From: Gekko japonicus
Lineage: Eukaryota
DNA: 64,000 nucleotides
Direction: 5' to 3'
Assembly (NCBI RefSeq): GCF_001447785.1
Contig: NW_015167069.1
Location: 575,374 to 639,373 of the forward strand
The notes under the pieces were generated by a model. The model had not been told where the DNA came from, did no database searches, and was given only the letters and a program-made list of their open reading frames with translations. Position numbers and translations under genes: made by a program. Shown here piece after piece: positions 50,775 to 63,367 of the stretch. Every line of letters begins with the position of its first letter. Position 1 is the stretch's first letter.

Positions 50775-51835
50775 TTAATTTTATTTATTTATTTAAAACA
50801 TTTCTATGCTGCCTTTATACCCAAATAGGTTCCCCGGGTGATGTTATCTCAGAACATTAGAACATTTCAAAATTAAAATAGCATGCACACACACACACAC
50901 ACACACTTCAAGAAAAACACAAATGTAAGAATACACATTGCAACACAACCAGGGAGCAGAGCCAGGTACAGTTGGTGGTATGCCCCGCCCTCCCCCAGTC
51001 TTCACCCACTGGCAGAATACAACAGAGAGGGAGACAGATGGATCTCTCTGGGGAGGGAGTTTCATACTTTTGGTGCCATGACTGAGAAAGCCCTCTTGAG
51101 TTGCCACCTGTCTAGCCTCAGATGGTGGGGGAACTTGAAGCAGAGCCTCCAAAGATGATTGGTGTGGACAGGTAGATTCACATAGGAGCAGGAGATTCTT
51201 CAGGTGTCTTGGTGCCAAGTCATATAGTGCTTTAAAGGTCAATACCAGCACCTTGAATTCAGCCTGAAAGCAAAGTAGAAGCCAATGTAGTTGGAACAAG
51301 ACAGGAGATACATGGTCCCTACAATCTACTCCAATCAGCATTCCAACAAGAACATCCTGTACCAACTGTAGCATCCAGGCAGTCTCAAATGGCAGCCTCA
51401 TGTAGTGGGCCTTGCAGTAATCAAATGTAGATATCACCAGGGCATGCACCATAGTGGCAAGATCTTTCCCACACAGGAAAGGTCCTAGCTGGCTCACCAA
51501 CTGAAGCTGGTTAAAGGCTCCCCTGGCCACCATTGCCACATGTTTATTTAACAGGAGGCCCAAGTCCAGCAGCACCCCCAAGCTACTAACTGCTCCTTTA
51601 GTGGGGCAGCAGTCCCATCTGGAACAGGAGATATTCTAATTCCTGGGTCAACCCCCCCCCCCAGTATGATCTCCGCTTTTTTAGGATTAAGTTTCTGTTT
51701 GTTAGCCCTCAACCATCCCAAAATTGCTTCCAGGCATCTGTCCATGGTTTCCACATCTTCCATGGGATCTCCTGGAAGAGTGAGACAGAGCTGAGTGTCA
51801 TCCTCATAGTGGTGGAAACTCAGCCCAAATCTCTG
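50775..51835 (-). mobile_element. L2 LINE RT/3' fragment
   Basis: YEDDTQL, LNPKKAE and HVSPVLFQLHWL..FKVLVLTFKAL motifs; (TAAA)n tail. Confidence 0.9.
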
Positions 51836-52254
51836 AATCTCAGGACCATTTTTTTGTATCACCCTCCTATTCCTGCCCCTCCGCAAGGCAGCAGGAGGGG
51901 AAAGAGAGAGGGAGACAAATTGCATCATCCTGCTGGAGCCCCCCTCCTGAGTCAGAGGCAAGAGATTCTTCCCCACAGCTGGAAAATGGAAGGACAGATG
52001 GACTTCAGGACTCCCATGAGTCCTGCTGCAGTGGCCACCCCCCCACCCGAGGTTTTTTGTTTTGTTTTGAATTGACAGTTGAATAGGGTTACATTGATAT
52101 AACAGTATATTGATACATTTATCAGGTTCTCTGAATCCCTGGCTTTCATTTCTTTTAAAAGTAAGACTCTAGCCCCTTTCTTTGCAGAAATATGATTTTT
52201 TTCTCTACAAAAAAAGAAGCTAACAGCTTACTCCTTTTTTAAAAATGAAAACTA

Positions 52255-52390
52255 GTATTTGGATGGGTGACCACCAAGGAATACTAGGGTCTCAATGCAG
52301 AGGCAGGCAATGGCAAACCAGCTTTGAATGTTTCTTGCCTTCCAAATACACCAGGGATTGCCATATTTCAGCTGTGACTTGATGGCAAAA
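52255..52390 (+). mobile_element. 5S-derived SINE fragment
   Basis: TAGTATTTGGATGGGTGACCACC plus GGCAATGGCAAACCA. Confidence 0.65.
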
Positions 52391-52796
52391 AGGGGGGGGG
52401 AAGAGAGACACCAACTAGTAGCTGTTTCTGGGCCCTGCTTCTACTCCTTCCCTCCCTGTTCTTGTGCCACCCCAAAACTCTCAGAATTTTGGGAGACTTT
52501 TGGGTCATTTTCTGGTACCTCAAGCCAGCCCAAAATAACTAATTTGGGGTATAATTTTGGTTTAGGTATACCAGAATGTATACTCCTAAACTGAATGTTG
52601 GCCTTCCAGTAGCAGAGAGAACTTCAGGATATAACTAACTTAAATGAGAAGAAGAAGCACAACAAGAAGCAGGGGAAAAACAAGAGAAGCATTCAATAAG
52701 CTCTGAACAGTACAAAGCATGTTAAAGCTTCCCCTGGAGTTCAAACAGACCAAGCACACTCTACACAAGTATTTGCATTGATCAAATTGCTTACAC

Positions 52797-54248
52797 CAGG
52801 GGTGTCAAACATGTGACCTGTGGGCCAGATCCGGCCCTCACAGGGCTCAAAACTGGCCTCCCAAGCAGCTTCCTCCTTCTGCTTCCTTTCCCAGGGCTGC
52901 TGCTGCAGCCACACCCTAGCTTGCTTTTTCCCAGCTCCCTCAGCGGCTCCTTGCTTCCTACTTCCTGTTTCTTGCCTCTTGCTTCCCTCCCCACTCCCTT
53001 CTTCTCTCTCACACACACACAGAGACACAGATAGAGAAAACTCCATGGCTGCTTCATGCTGGAGAGATTTTTTTTAAAAAGCCTCCCTCCACCCTTCCTC
53101 ATTACTTGCTGTCTCTCACTCACACAGTTAGAGATAGCCTCCTGGCTGCTTTGCCAGAGAAATAAAAAAAAACAACCCTGCCTGCCTACCTGCGTCTCAC
53201 ACACATACTCATAGAGGGAGAAAGAGATTGATTCCTTCTGCTTTCTTCCCCGGGGCTGCTGCTCCTCTTTTTTTGGGGAAGAGGGAAGAGAAGGAAAGAG
53301 ACACAGAAAAAATGGAGTCCCAGCTTTAAGACCAACATTCCGGGTATAAGCTTTTGTGTGCAAGCACACTTATTTGGAGGGTGGGTGGGTGGATTGATTC
53401 TTCTGACAAGCACAATGTGCATTGAGGAAATTATTTTGGCTTATTCTGAAAAGTTTCTTTTTAAATGATTGGATTTCTCTGTCCTATCTGGATTTATTTT
53501 CTTTCAAAAAGACCTGATTAGGAATAAGAACACTTGGATTGGTCCTTATATTTTAGAGAGTGGAGTGATTTCAGATACCAAATGATAATAGCGCACATTG
53601 GTAATGAGACAGGAAAACTAGGTCTCAGTCCAGTCCAGGAGAATGCAATTCAGCAGTCTCTCTTTCTAATCTCCCTTTGAAATTCTTTGTAATAGCTCTG
53701 CTCCTCTTAGGTCAGCAACTGAATGTTGTGGTTTCTAATGTCAGACTTATGTCCATTTATTCTCTGCATCCTCCTGGACTGAATCCTCCTGAACTGAGAC
53801 CTAGGTTTCCTGTTGCATTATCAATACTGATATCTCCACACCTACTTCCCCTCTGCACATCACACCTAATCCAATCATGCCTGCTACTGCCATTAGGCAT
53901 CTGAAATCATCTTTATAAAGTTTATATCTCTGGTACCTTATGTTACATTTTATAGCATGCATGGCCCGGCCCAACAAAGTTACATTTATGTTAGATCTGA
54001 CCAGGGGTCATTTCGTAGAAAAAGAGCTAGGGGGACTCATTAGCATAACTCATTAGCATATGCCACACCCCCTGACATCACCAGAAGTGTGTCCTCCCCA
54101 CAGCCGGCGGTGACCTCCAGCGGGCACCAGCAGGGAGCTCCAGGCCCCGCCCTCCCGCACCTCACCCGGGGGGATGGCGTCCCCCCGCGTCCCCCCCCCA
54201 AATGACTCCTGGATCTGACCCTCATAACAAATGAGTTTGACACCTCTG
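52797..54248. mobile_element. Non-autonomous hAT-Charlie element
   Basis: CAGGGGTGTCAAAC TIRs; perfect 8-bp TSD GCTTACAC. Confidence 0.9.
54002..54211. mobile_element. Nested hAT MITE (CAGGGGTCATTT TIR)
   Basis: Perfect 8-bp TSD GATCTGAC. Confidence 0.9.
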
Positions 54249-55848
54249 GCTTACACTGTGTTGCTTCACTATCATTTCAAAACATGGATTTGGATTCTGG
54301 TTTGGTGTACCCCAACTAACCACAATTAATGGAGCATCCTGCATTTGAACAATTACTCTAACCATACTTAGCATAATTGAATTGTGGTTTTATGTGATGC
54401 ATGAACCAAACCTTCTAAAGACTGTTCTGAAAACTTTGCTCTTCAAAGCTGCAGTTGTCCCAAACAGAGATGCCTACTTTGTCTTGGGTTGGGCAATTGC
54501 AGTGTCCGTTCTTGAATCTCATTAAAGTCTCCATTGATCAGGCTGCACAAATGTAAAGAGTTCCCACAGGAAACAATGTAACAAATGGCCTCTCCCCTTG
54601 ACTGCATCATCTCAGCAGCAAAAAAATTACCAAACCCTATTTTGGAGTTGGGGCTATAAACATCAGCAAACATTCCCCTGCTGCACTGGAGTGGGAACAT
54701 TTTCTGTACTTCCTGATTAGTATTTTCCCTGATTAGGTAGCAGATAATCCTCTGATTAAAGTGCTCTTGGCTATTTCAGAGTATCACATAAATATAAATG
54801 AATGCATTAGGAGGGAAAACAGTAAACAGGCAACAGAACCTAGATCTGGTAACATGGTCTGCTTTATCATGTGTCAGGGGTGCCACACTTGGAAATCCCA
54901 AATGGCTGTGGCTTTGAATTAGTTTCAAATGAGCTTTGGTTTCCCTTTATGGATGGGGTACTTTTAAGAGGGCAAGCACAGCTGATGTCTGAACCAAGTA
55001 GCCCCCCCCAAATAGGCAACTTACTGGTTTGTGGGCTTTTGAGAGAGCTATGACCTTCTCGACAGAACCCAAAAGCCCACAGCACAACTGTGTCAAATAT
55101 TGTGTGATATTTAAAGAGTGCTGGGATTTGCTCTGCTGCCCATTAGGAGGAGGAGGGAAAAGGTGATGACTTTGAGGCCCCTTCTCATCAGTTCCAAAGG
55201 TGCAGGATGCAACCCTAGCAGGGATGTGGAGGTATGGGAGTGTTTCTTCCCATCCTGTACACAGCAGGTGACATAAGGTACAGCCTTGTTCTCCAAAGCA
55301 TGTGCAAAAGCATATGGAGCTGAAGCCAAGAAACCAAAATCACAAACTTTAAAAAATGCAAAGATTTACAAACTTTGTGGGGTTTTAAAAAAATATTTTA
55401 TTATTTTCTCATTACAAACACTAGAAACACTAACACTAACCTAAAATAGGCTATACAAGGATCATATCTAATGATTAGATGCATATTTATTTATTTTTAC
55501 TGGGTTTTATATATGGGCTTCTGCCCCCTTGTTAGCCGCCCTGAGCCCGCTTGCAGGGAGGGCGAGATAAAAATACCTTAATTAATTAATTAATTAATTA
55601 ATATTTAGCTAAAGCTCTCTCTATAAAGAAATAGTTTTTGGAATATAGCTAATTTCTACTGCTTCTGTAACAGACTGGTAAATATATAATTGAATCAAGT
55701 AAATAGTAACAATAAGACTTTTAGGCTTATACAGTTCTATTAAATATGTTTCTTCCCTTTATTTTTCTTCTTTTCATATTTCCATTTGACTTTCAGGACT
55801 TTTGGTGCTACTGCCCCTAATTCTGATTCAGAATCTTCTTCTGGGTTA

Positions 55849-56730
55849 CTACTCACTGTTGATTCCGACCCATGTGTGCTGCCTTTTTTCTTCGATATCT
55901 TGTTCCTCTGCTGTATCCTTTTTGTTCGCTGTTTTTTGTTGCTGTTCCAAGAACATCTTCACTTTTAAAACAGAGTCTATCTTTTCTTTTTTATCTTTGT
56001 AGTTGAAGACCAGTCCTTCAGGTATTATCCATCTGTAGGGGGAGTTTTTCTGCAAAAAGCTGGTTAAATTTTTGTATTGGATCCTCTTCTTATTTCAAAT
56101 GGAATGAATTTTAAGACTCTGATTTCTTCATCTTTGATTTTTAAGGTAGTTCCATTTGTGGCCTTGAGCACCACGTCTCTTGTTGATATTTTAGAGAATC
56201 TTGCCACTATCTCCCCAGGCAGGCTCTTTTTCTTAATAAGTTCTGGATATGTCTGGTAGATCAAATCCAGATCGCTTTGCAGTGTGTCCACTGTTAAACC
56301 TGTCATTGGGGCCAACACTTCACTTAATATTTCTTTCAGATTCTCATCTTGCTGTTCAGGAACACCTTGAAATCTCAGAACATACGCTGATTTTTCCATT
56401 TTTAGTCTTAAAAGTTGGTCTTTATCAGAGGAGCTTTGTTTTACCAACACCTCCAGTCTTTGATTAGTCTCTTTTGTTTTGGCTTCAACCTTTTTCACTG
56501 ATTTTACAGTCTCCTCTGTTTTTAAGCTCGTCTCTTTAAGCTGTTTTTGGATCTCATCCAACTTCTTGTTGAAGTTAGTCATCTACTCCAGCAGAGGGTG
56601 CAATGCAGTAGCCAACATGTTCGTAAAGTCAATATTTACTTCCGGTTTAGTAGCCGGATGTGTTAATCTTGTAGTTCCAGGAGAATGTCTGTCTCTTCGC
56701 CATCTTTTCTGCCCACCCAGTCATTGTTTA
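55849..56730 (-). pseudogene. L1 ORF1p (coiled coil + RRM + CTD), disrupted
   Basis: Heptad-rich N-terminal part; LRFQGVPEQQDENL; PGEIVARF; YRWIIPEGLVF; at least one stop and one frameshift (~56070). Confidence 0.85.
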
Positions 56731-56918
56731 TATTTCAAGGAAAGTTTTCAAAAGTCAGCAAAAGTTGCTGCAAAAGCTCGCTTTGGTTAGATTTGTACTT
56801 TGCCTGATTCAATTTACCATCGCATTTCTCCTAGCCCCTCTTGCTTAAAGAATTCACGTAGAAATGTAAGGGGGGGAGATGTGAGCTAGCTCCCTCCCCC
56901 TCCGTCGATACCGTTTAG

Positions 56919-57100
56919 CAGCGCTGTTTTTGTAGCAGGAACTCCTTTGCATATTAGGCGACACACCCCTAATGTAGCCAATCCTCCAAGAGCTTACAGA
57001 GCTCTTCTTACAGGAGCTACTGTAAACTCTTGGAGGATTGGCTACATTAGGGGTGTGTCGCCTAATATGCAAAGGAGTTCCTGTTACAAAAAAAGCCCTG
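56919..57100. mobile_element. Near-perfect palindromic hAT-type MITE nested in the L1 5' UTR
   Basis: Arms of ~80 bp are reverse complements; CAGGGCTTTTTT-type TIR shared with 61786-62169 and 62738-63216. Confidence 0.85.
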
Positions 57101-57555
57101 CAGTGTTTGGGGCTTCGGATATACGCTTTGCCAAATAACCAGTCAAAAGGGAATTAGCACTCATGCTTCGTTCCACGCCTGTTGCACAGGTAGGGAGAGC
57201 TTTATTTTTGTTGGATCACTTGTTTGCTTGCCCGGTGTACGCCTCTTGGTGCCATAATGGCACCGTGGCAACGGGACCTATCGGAGCTCAGAGGTGCCTC
57301 AATCCCTTGACTGCAGCCTCGGGAGAAGGAACCTCCAGTGCCCCAGGTTGGGAGTCCCCTACAAGGACTCTGGGGGGGGGATCCGGATCAACTGCCCCCC
57401 CTCCCATCCACCATGTCATGGGCCACTCCTTTTGGAGCACCGAAGGAGTGTGCCCACCATGGAAGTCACCGAAACTGGAAGTCCCAAACTTTGTGGTTTG
57501 AATTGCACTTGGACCGCCAGAAGGACAATACAGTGTGTTACTGCTGGGTTAAACA

Positions 57556-57929
57556 AAGGGATGCCAGAACCCCTGGTGTGGGCAGGGGTCCCCCAGTTTT
57601 AGGTGTTCCTGCCCACCCCCCATTACCCCCCCAAAAAAAACCAGACAAGAAGCCAGAAATAAACGTGATGTGCCTACATGACCTGGAAATGACTTAGGCA
57701 TTTCTGTGACATCGAGGGGGGGGTGTGCTCTGGTTTTTGGTAAAAAATCTGTGGTAGAAGTTAATTCTACTATAGAGTTTTGCCCAAAAAACAAAGCATC
57801 ACCCCCGATGTGCCTATGTGACTTCCAGGTCACATAGGCATGTTGCATTTATTTTCAGTGTCCCCACCACTCCCAGGAAGTTCACCCCCCAATCCCACGC
57901 TGGCAGGTCCAAGGGACCTGGCAACCCTA
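57556..57929. mobile_element. hAT MITE (TAGGGTTGCCA family)
   Basis: 8-bp TSD GTTAAACA; homologous to 29881-30255. Confidence 0.85.
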
Positions 57930-58435
57930 GTTAAACAAGGACAAAACTTCATTAGCAAGATGAAACTTCATTAGGACAAAACTTCATTAGCAAGGTTTTT
58001 TACAGAATCCTGGCAAAAGGATGCTGCCTCCTTCACAAAGTCAGGCCAATCCATCCTAAAAGTGCTGGAAAATAGACACTCAGCCACTGGGTCTCCCATG
58101 CAGTTGAGTGTTTTGTGGTCCCCATTGGGCTCACTGCTCTATGGGGGCAAAAGGGGACTGCCAGAGTGCAGTCCCCTGTATCAAGTGCTTCCTTTGACCC
58201 AAGGTCTGCAATGGTTTATCCTGTGCCAGATCAGCCCTGCAGCACAAGCATCACCTGCCCCTGTCCTATCCTGGCTCATAGGGAAGTTATTTTATTTATT
58301 TATTTCATTAAATTTGTACCCCACCCTCCCCGCCAAGGCAGGCTCAGGGCAGCTAACATCATAAAAACACAATAACAAGAAATAACAGTAAAACAATTCA
58401 ACAAACAGTTCAATAACTATTCATTGAAACTAACT

Positions 58436-59982
58436 TGTATATATATATATATATAAAAGAAAGTCCCCTCAACATAAAATCAATGCCCAGGCCAAACTGC
58501 TGGACCTAGAGACACCAAATTTGGGGAGAGCTTTCCTACTGTGGCATAGGTGCTCGCTAAGAAGGGATTTTAGAAATTCGACCCCTAAGTGGGTCAAAAG
58601 AGGGGAAATGTGCTTCCCCTATTGATTGCTATGCAGCTGCCAGGCAGCTGCCTATCTGCACCCCCCACTCTCTGATTGGTCAGCTGCAGAGCTCAGTGTT
58701 CTAAAAAAACCTCAACAGTTACAGGGGACTGCAGACAGCTAATGACAGCTGAAGAAATCAGGAGTGGCCAAGAACCACTTGTGAGGTGAAGCAAAGCTGC
58801 TGGCCCAGCCTCTCTGATGGCTTCCAACACACTCCCCCCACCTCCTACAGGTGAAGTCCCACCTCCACAGTGGCTCCTAATAGTCCTCCCCCTCCTACAC
58901 TGGACGGGCAATTGCCTGTCAGGTGTAGGAGAGGAGGTGGGGTGGCTTCCAACACATTCCCCCCACCTCATACACCTGGTTGTCTGTCAGATGCAGCCCC
59001 ACCTCCACAGTGACTTCTAATACTCCTCCCCCCTCCCCCTCCTACACTGGGCAGGCAGCCGCCTGTCAGGTGTAGGAGAGGAGGTGGGATGACTTCCAAC
59101 ACACTCCCCCCACCTCCTACACCTAACAGGCGGTTGTCTGGCAGGTGCAGCAGCGGTTGCAGGGTGATTAAAGCCACGAGGGAGCCTGTTCCAGCAGTAA
59201 TGCCTTAGTGATTCTGCCAGCCTTGCCTCTACAGTGGCTTCTAATACTTCTCCCCCCTCCCCATCCAACACTGGACAGGCAGCCGCCTGTCAGGTGTAGG
59301 AGAGGAGGGGGGATGCTTACAGCCACCGGGGAGGTTTGCTCAGCAGGATTGCCTTAGCACTGCTGCTGGCCCAGCCTCCCCAGTGCCTTTAAATACAATC
59401 CCCCCCAACACCAGACAGGCTGGTGTCTGTTAGGTGTAGTAGCAGGGCCAGGGTATGAATGTTTATGTGGAGATAGTAAAGGACATTTCTAGGAGCCATT
59501 TCAATGCGTGCCTCCCTCGTGAACTTGAAGAAATGTCCACCATATCACCACTCCCTCACACCAATCCCCCCTCACACCTGTCACCTCTTACTGCCCCCAA
59601 GAAAACTCCTGGCAAACGTCGAGCCAGATGCACAAACGCTACAAGGAAGAGGCAACTTAGGAATGCGGCAAAGACACTTGCACATAGCACTCCTGCAGTG
59701 CACTGAGTTGCACAGGCCAAATACCAGCCAAGTACCAAGTGCTCAGAACAATGCAGTCTCCATATGAGCAAAACAATCCAGGAACACAAGTAGAGAGGCC
59801 ATCAGCTTCGTGGAAGGTAGCAGGAGTTGACTTAACAGATGACGACTGCTTCTTAAAGGGATCCTAGAGTAACCCAATTGGGAAACCATGTAGTGTAAAT
59901 AGCCTATAGTTGGGAGTGGGGTGTGTTTGGGGTGTAACCTTTTTCAGGCATAAATACCCGGCTTCAGCCAGGGGTTTCTCAG
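58436..59982 (+). mobile_element. Non-autonomous Helitron-like element with internal minisatellite
   Basis: 5' (TA)nAAAG..GCTGGACC..ACCAAATTTGG; 3' hairpin CCCGGCTTCAGCCAGGG followed by ..CTCAG|T; no TSD. Confidence 0.55.
58815..59440. repeat. GC-rich minisatellite of hairpin-forming units
   Basis: Repeated CTCCTACAC..GGCAGCCGCCTGTCAG..GTGTAGGAG units. Confidence 0.8.
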
Positions 59983-60049
59983 TCTTCTTTCTCTTGCTGA
60001 ATCACTAATAAACTATGGGCTGATCACTTGAATGTGTCTGAACCCAGTA

Positions 60050-60250
60050 TATTTTATCACCCATGTGGGTGACAAAGTTCATCAGCTGGCAGTGGGTCAG
60101 CTGATGCATCGGATATGGCGGACCCATGCTGTGCCAATGCTTCTTACAGCTGTAATCAATAAAGTTGTGGCCAATTTAATCCACTTATTTTGAAATCTGT
60201 AGTGAGTGTGTTGGTTTCTGGTGGGATCATGAGCATCTGATCAATCCTCC
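60050..60250 (+). mobile_element. DIRS/Ngaro-like terminal repeat fragment
   Basis: AATAAAGTTGTGGCC motif similar to 41671-41682. Confidence 0.4.
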
Positions 60251-60339
60251 CCGTCCCACTTAATTAAGAGCTAGAGCCACAAACATCTTCATTATTCTGT
60301 ATGCTAGTTTACTGCCCACCCTCTATTTGTGTGGCTGTT

Positions 60340-60455
60340 ATTTCAGTTTCCATTTGATTGTTTCTGAAGAAGTGTACATGCACACAAAAGCTCATACCTT
60401 GAATAAAACTTTGTTGGTCTTAAAGGTGCCACTGGACTCAAAGTTTTTTTTAGAC
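60340..60455 (+). mobile_element. Penelope-like terminal fragment
   Basis: CTGAAGAAGTG..CAC..AAAGCTCATAC..AATAAA..GGTCTTAAAGGTGCCACTGGACTC. Confidence 0.75.
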
Positions 60456-61785
60456 TCTGACAAATAGTGAGTGCTGCTGCTGTTGAGCATCTGACATGCA
60501 GCAGTCCATGACCATGAAAGCTGACACAACAATGAATTTCTCTGTCTTTAAGCTCCCTTACAAGAAACCAGAGGCCACCCCTCTGGAATTTCAGGAAGTG
60601 GATCACAGATTCCGTGCAAGGGAAAAGTTTTGTTCATTTGAGATTTATCTATATAGTTGAAAAAAAATAAGCAGCTTCCCTGGGGGAAAAGTATTTGATT
60701 CATTTTTGAGGCCTTTGCATTGCAGGACAACAGCACTTCCGTGCATCATAAAGCACACATCATTAGAGCTAAGCTCCTGTGGCCAAAAAAAAATATTTTA
60801 ATTTTTTAAAAAAGTTTTTGGAAACTGTCTCAATTTCCCCACAGTCACACTACAGTTGTGGGAAACAGCATTTCAAAAGCGTGCAGGGTTTCATCTTAGG
60901 ACCATGGCATGGGAAGGGAGGCTCCTGCCCTCTGCTGCTTTTTTCCAAGCCAAAAATGACCCCAGGGAAGTTATTCGCCCCATTTTAGAGCTGCACATAC
61001 ATGGAATACTGCATGGGCAGCCTGAAAATGGAACTGATAACTCATGCAGTTTTGAGTTGTTGGAAGAACAAGATGTGCCTCAGCCTCTCTGTGCCTCAGC
61101 CTCCAAGAAGCAAGTGACCAGAGAGTTACAGATAGGCAGAAACTAAGCATCTTCCTGTTTATGCTTCTGTTATTTGAACCCTTTGATGTGTAGATTGTTA
61201 CTCTTAGGGAAAACAACTTTCTTCCATCTCCTCTCTCTTCTCACTCACACACAAAGAGGAAGGACACGTTTCTCCATCTTTGGCACCATGGATGCAGAAT
61301 GCCTCCCTGCATCTGCATCCATTGCTAGCTAGCTAGAACAGAATCTGTTACTGTCTCTAGCTGCACTATCCAGTATGTGTTTCCGAAATAAAGGAGTTCT
61401 TATGTTCTTTTAAACTGATAAGTGGCTCTGTGTAACTTTGTAGTCTTACACGTTTACGCTGAAAAAGGAGCTCTGCTGCATTCTGAGCCTTTAGCGCACT
61501 CTGCAAAATTTAGCATGGGATCTGGAATCTGGACTAACATACCAGCTCTCCCAATATGGGTGACTTTGGGACAGTCACTTTGTTTCTGCCTAAACCTTCC
61601 TCACAAGGTTGATGTGATTATAACAGTGATGAAGGAGGATGCTAGTTGATCTGAGGCCCTTGAAAGAAGAGAGGGAATAAGTTAAATACTGCCTAGGCAG
61701 ACAGAGGACCAAAAATCCTAACCCAAACCCACCTTCTCTGTGAGCCTTCTGTTTTCCCCTTGAGAGGCCAATTCAAGAATCAAAA

Positions 61786-62169
61786 CAGGGCTCTTTTTGT
61801 AGAAAAAGCCCAGCAGGAACTCATTAGCATAATAGGTCACACCCAACAGCAGAAACCCATTAGCATATTAGGCCACAACCTTGACAGCACAGCTCATTAG
61901 CACATTAGGCCGCACCCCCATGTTACCATCCAGCCACACCCACCTTTTGCTTTTTATTCTGTTTACCTTGTTTGTTGTCAAAACCCAGGCCTTTTTTTGT
62001 AGCAGGAACTCCTTTGCATGTTAGGCCACACAACCCTAAAGTAACCAATCCTAATGAGTTTCTGCTGTTGGGTGTGGCCTATTATGCTAATGAGTTCCTG
62101 CTGGGCGTGGCCAACTCGGGAGCCAGCTGGAACTCCGTTCCTGTGCGTTCCTGCCCCAAAATAGCCCTG
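61786..62169. mobile_element. Composite/foldback hAT MITE with CTCATTAGCAT repeats
   Basis: Two CAGG(G/C)CT starts (61786, 61986) and one right TIR; arms partly reverse complementary. Confidence 0.7.
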
Positions 62170-62737
62170 CAAATAAATACATTCATGCTAACACTTTCCC
62201 CTCTTTGCTATATCTCCAATTATTTTTAAACTACTATCAATGTGAACTCAGGTTCCCCAAATGCCTCTACAGTTGACACACTTTTGGAGAGAAAACAGGC
62301 TATTCTTTTGCTGCTTGCTGGTCATTTGATGTCAAAGCAAAGTACGAAAATTGATTGCTGGTGGTGGTGGGGTTGTGCCAAGTTGATGGGCCAGGCCCTT
62401 GCTTCTGTGGTTCCACCCTCCGAGAGTCACTTCCCATTGTTATCTCCTGAAATGTTTCATACACCATGTTCCTGTTTCATCCTGTGATCCTCCTTATGTT
62501 TCACAAGGATTTATTTTTATCTAGTCATTCTCCTCAAGGCACAGTGCATTTCCGCTGAGATGAAAGTTCAAACATATGCTGTCCTGGGTTTCATCTGAGA
62601 TGAGATTGACAAAAATAAGTTGACTCTCTTGGAACAGCTGGAATAAAATACGTTGACAGAGCATCTAAGGGTCCCTCAGTTGACAGCCCAACATTGGCAA
62701 ACAATAGGCCTTTAGCTTCAATTGTAAGTGTTAAAAC

Positions 62738-63216
62738 CAAGGCTATTTTTGGGCAGGAACGCACAGGAATGGAGTTCCGGCTGGCTCCAGAGTTGGCCAC
62801 GCCCACTACAGCCAAAACCTCTGCGTGCGCGGCTACAGAGGGAAGGCCTGGAGAGCAACACCCTCCCCAGCGACTCCAATGCGGGCAGGCTGGGGGGGGG
62901 GCTGGAAGGATCAGGGAAGCATTTAAATGTCTCCCCATGCCTCCTCTGGTCTGTCCAAAGGGCCGGCTTGCCCAGGCACCCCACAGCTATGGGGCGCCTG
63001 GGCAAGCCAATGGAAGGCAGTTTAAACTGCCTTCCCTTTCCTTCGAGGGGAGGGCTTGCCCGGGCAAGCCAAGGGAAGACATGGGGTGTGGCCTAATATC
63101 CTAATGAGTTGTACTGTCATGGGTGTGGCCAAATATGCTAATGCATTTCTGCAGTTGGGTGTGGCCTATTATGCTAATGAGTTCCTGCTGGGCTTTTTCT
63201 ACAAAAAAAAGCCCTG
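62738..63216. mobile_element. hAT MITE with ATGCTAATGAG repeats
   Basis: TIRs plus a perfect 8-bp TSD GTTAAAAC. Confidence 0.9.
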
Positions 63217-63367
63217 GTTAAAACCAAATTTAAAATGCTTAGTTGAGCAAATTACTAAAATAATCCAGCTTTTCTAAACACAATTAGATATTATAAAGCA
63301 GATAATGACAAGCAGAAAAATTGCCCTGCTGCGCCAGATCAGGGTTCAGATAAATGTTGTTGATAAT

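Larger units (their letters stand above)
55381..57484 (-). mobile_element. ORF1-only L1-derived retrotransposon (HAL1-like), complete
   Basis: 5' GGACTTCC start, GC-rich 5' UTR, ORF1, short AT-rich 3' UTR ending in AATAAA; TSD CAAACTTTGTGG at 55369-55380 and 57485-57496. Confidence 0.75.

Noticed and set aside
55849-56730. Domesticated L1TD1-like gene
   Set aside because: The ORF has a stop and a frameshift and sits inside a TSD-flanked mobile unit.
57939-57995. Short tandem repeat AAACTTCATTAG x3
   Set aside because: An ordinary local slippage or repair duplication next to a MITE end.
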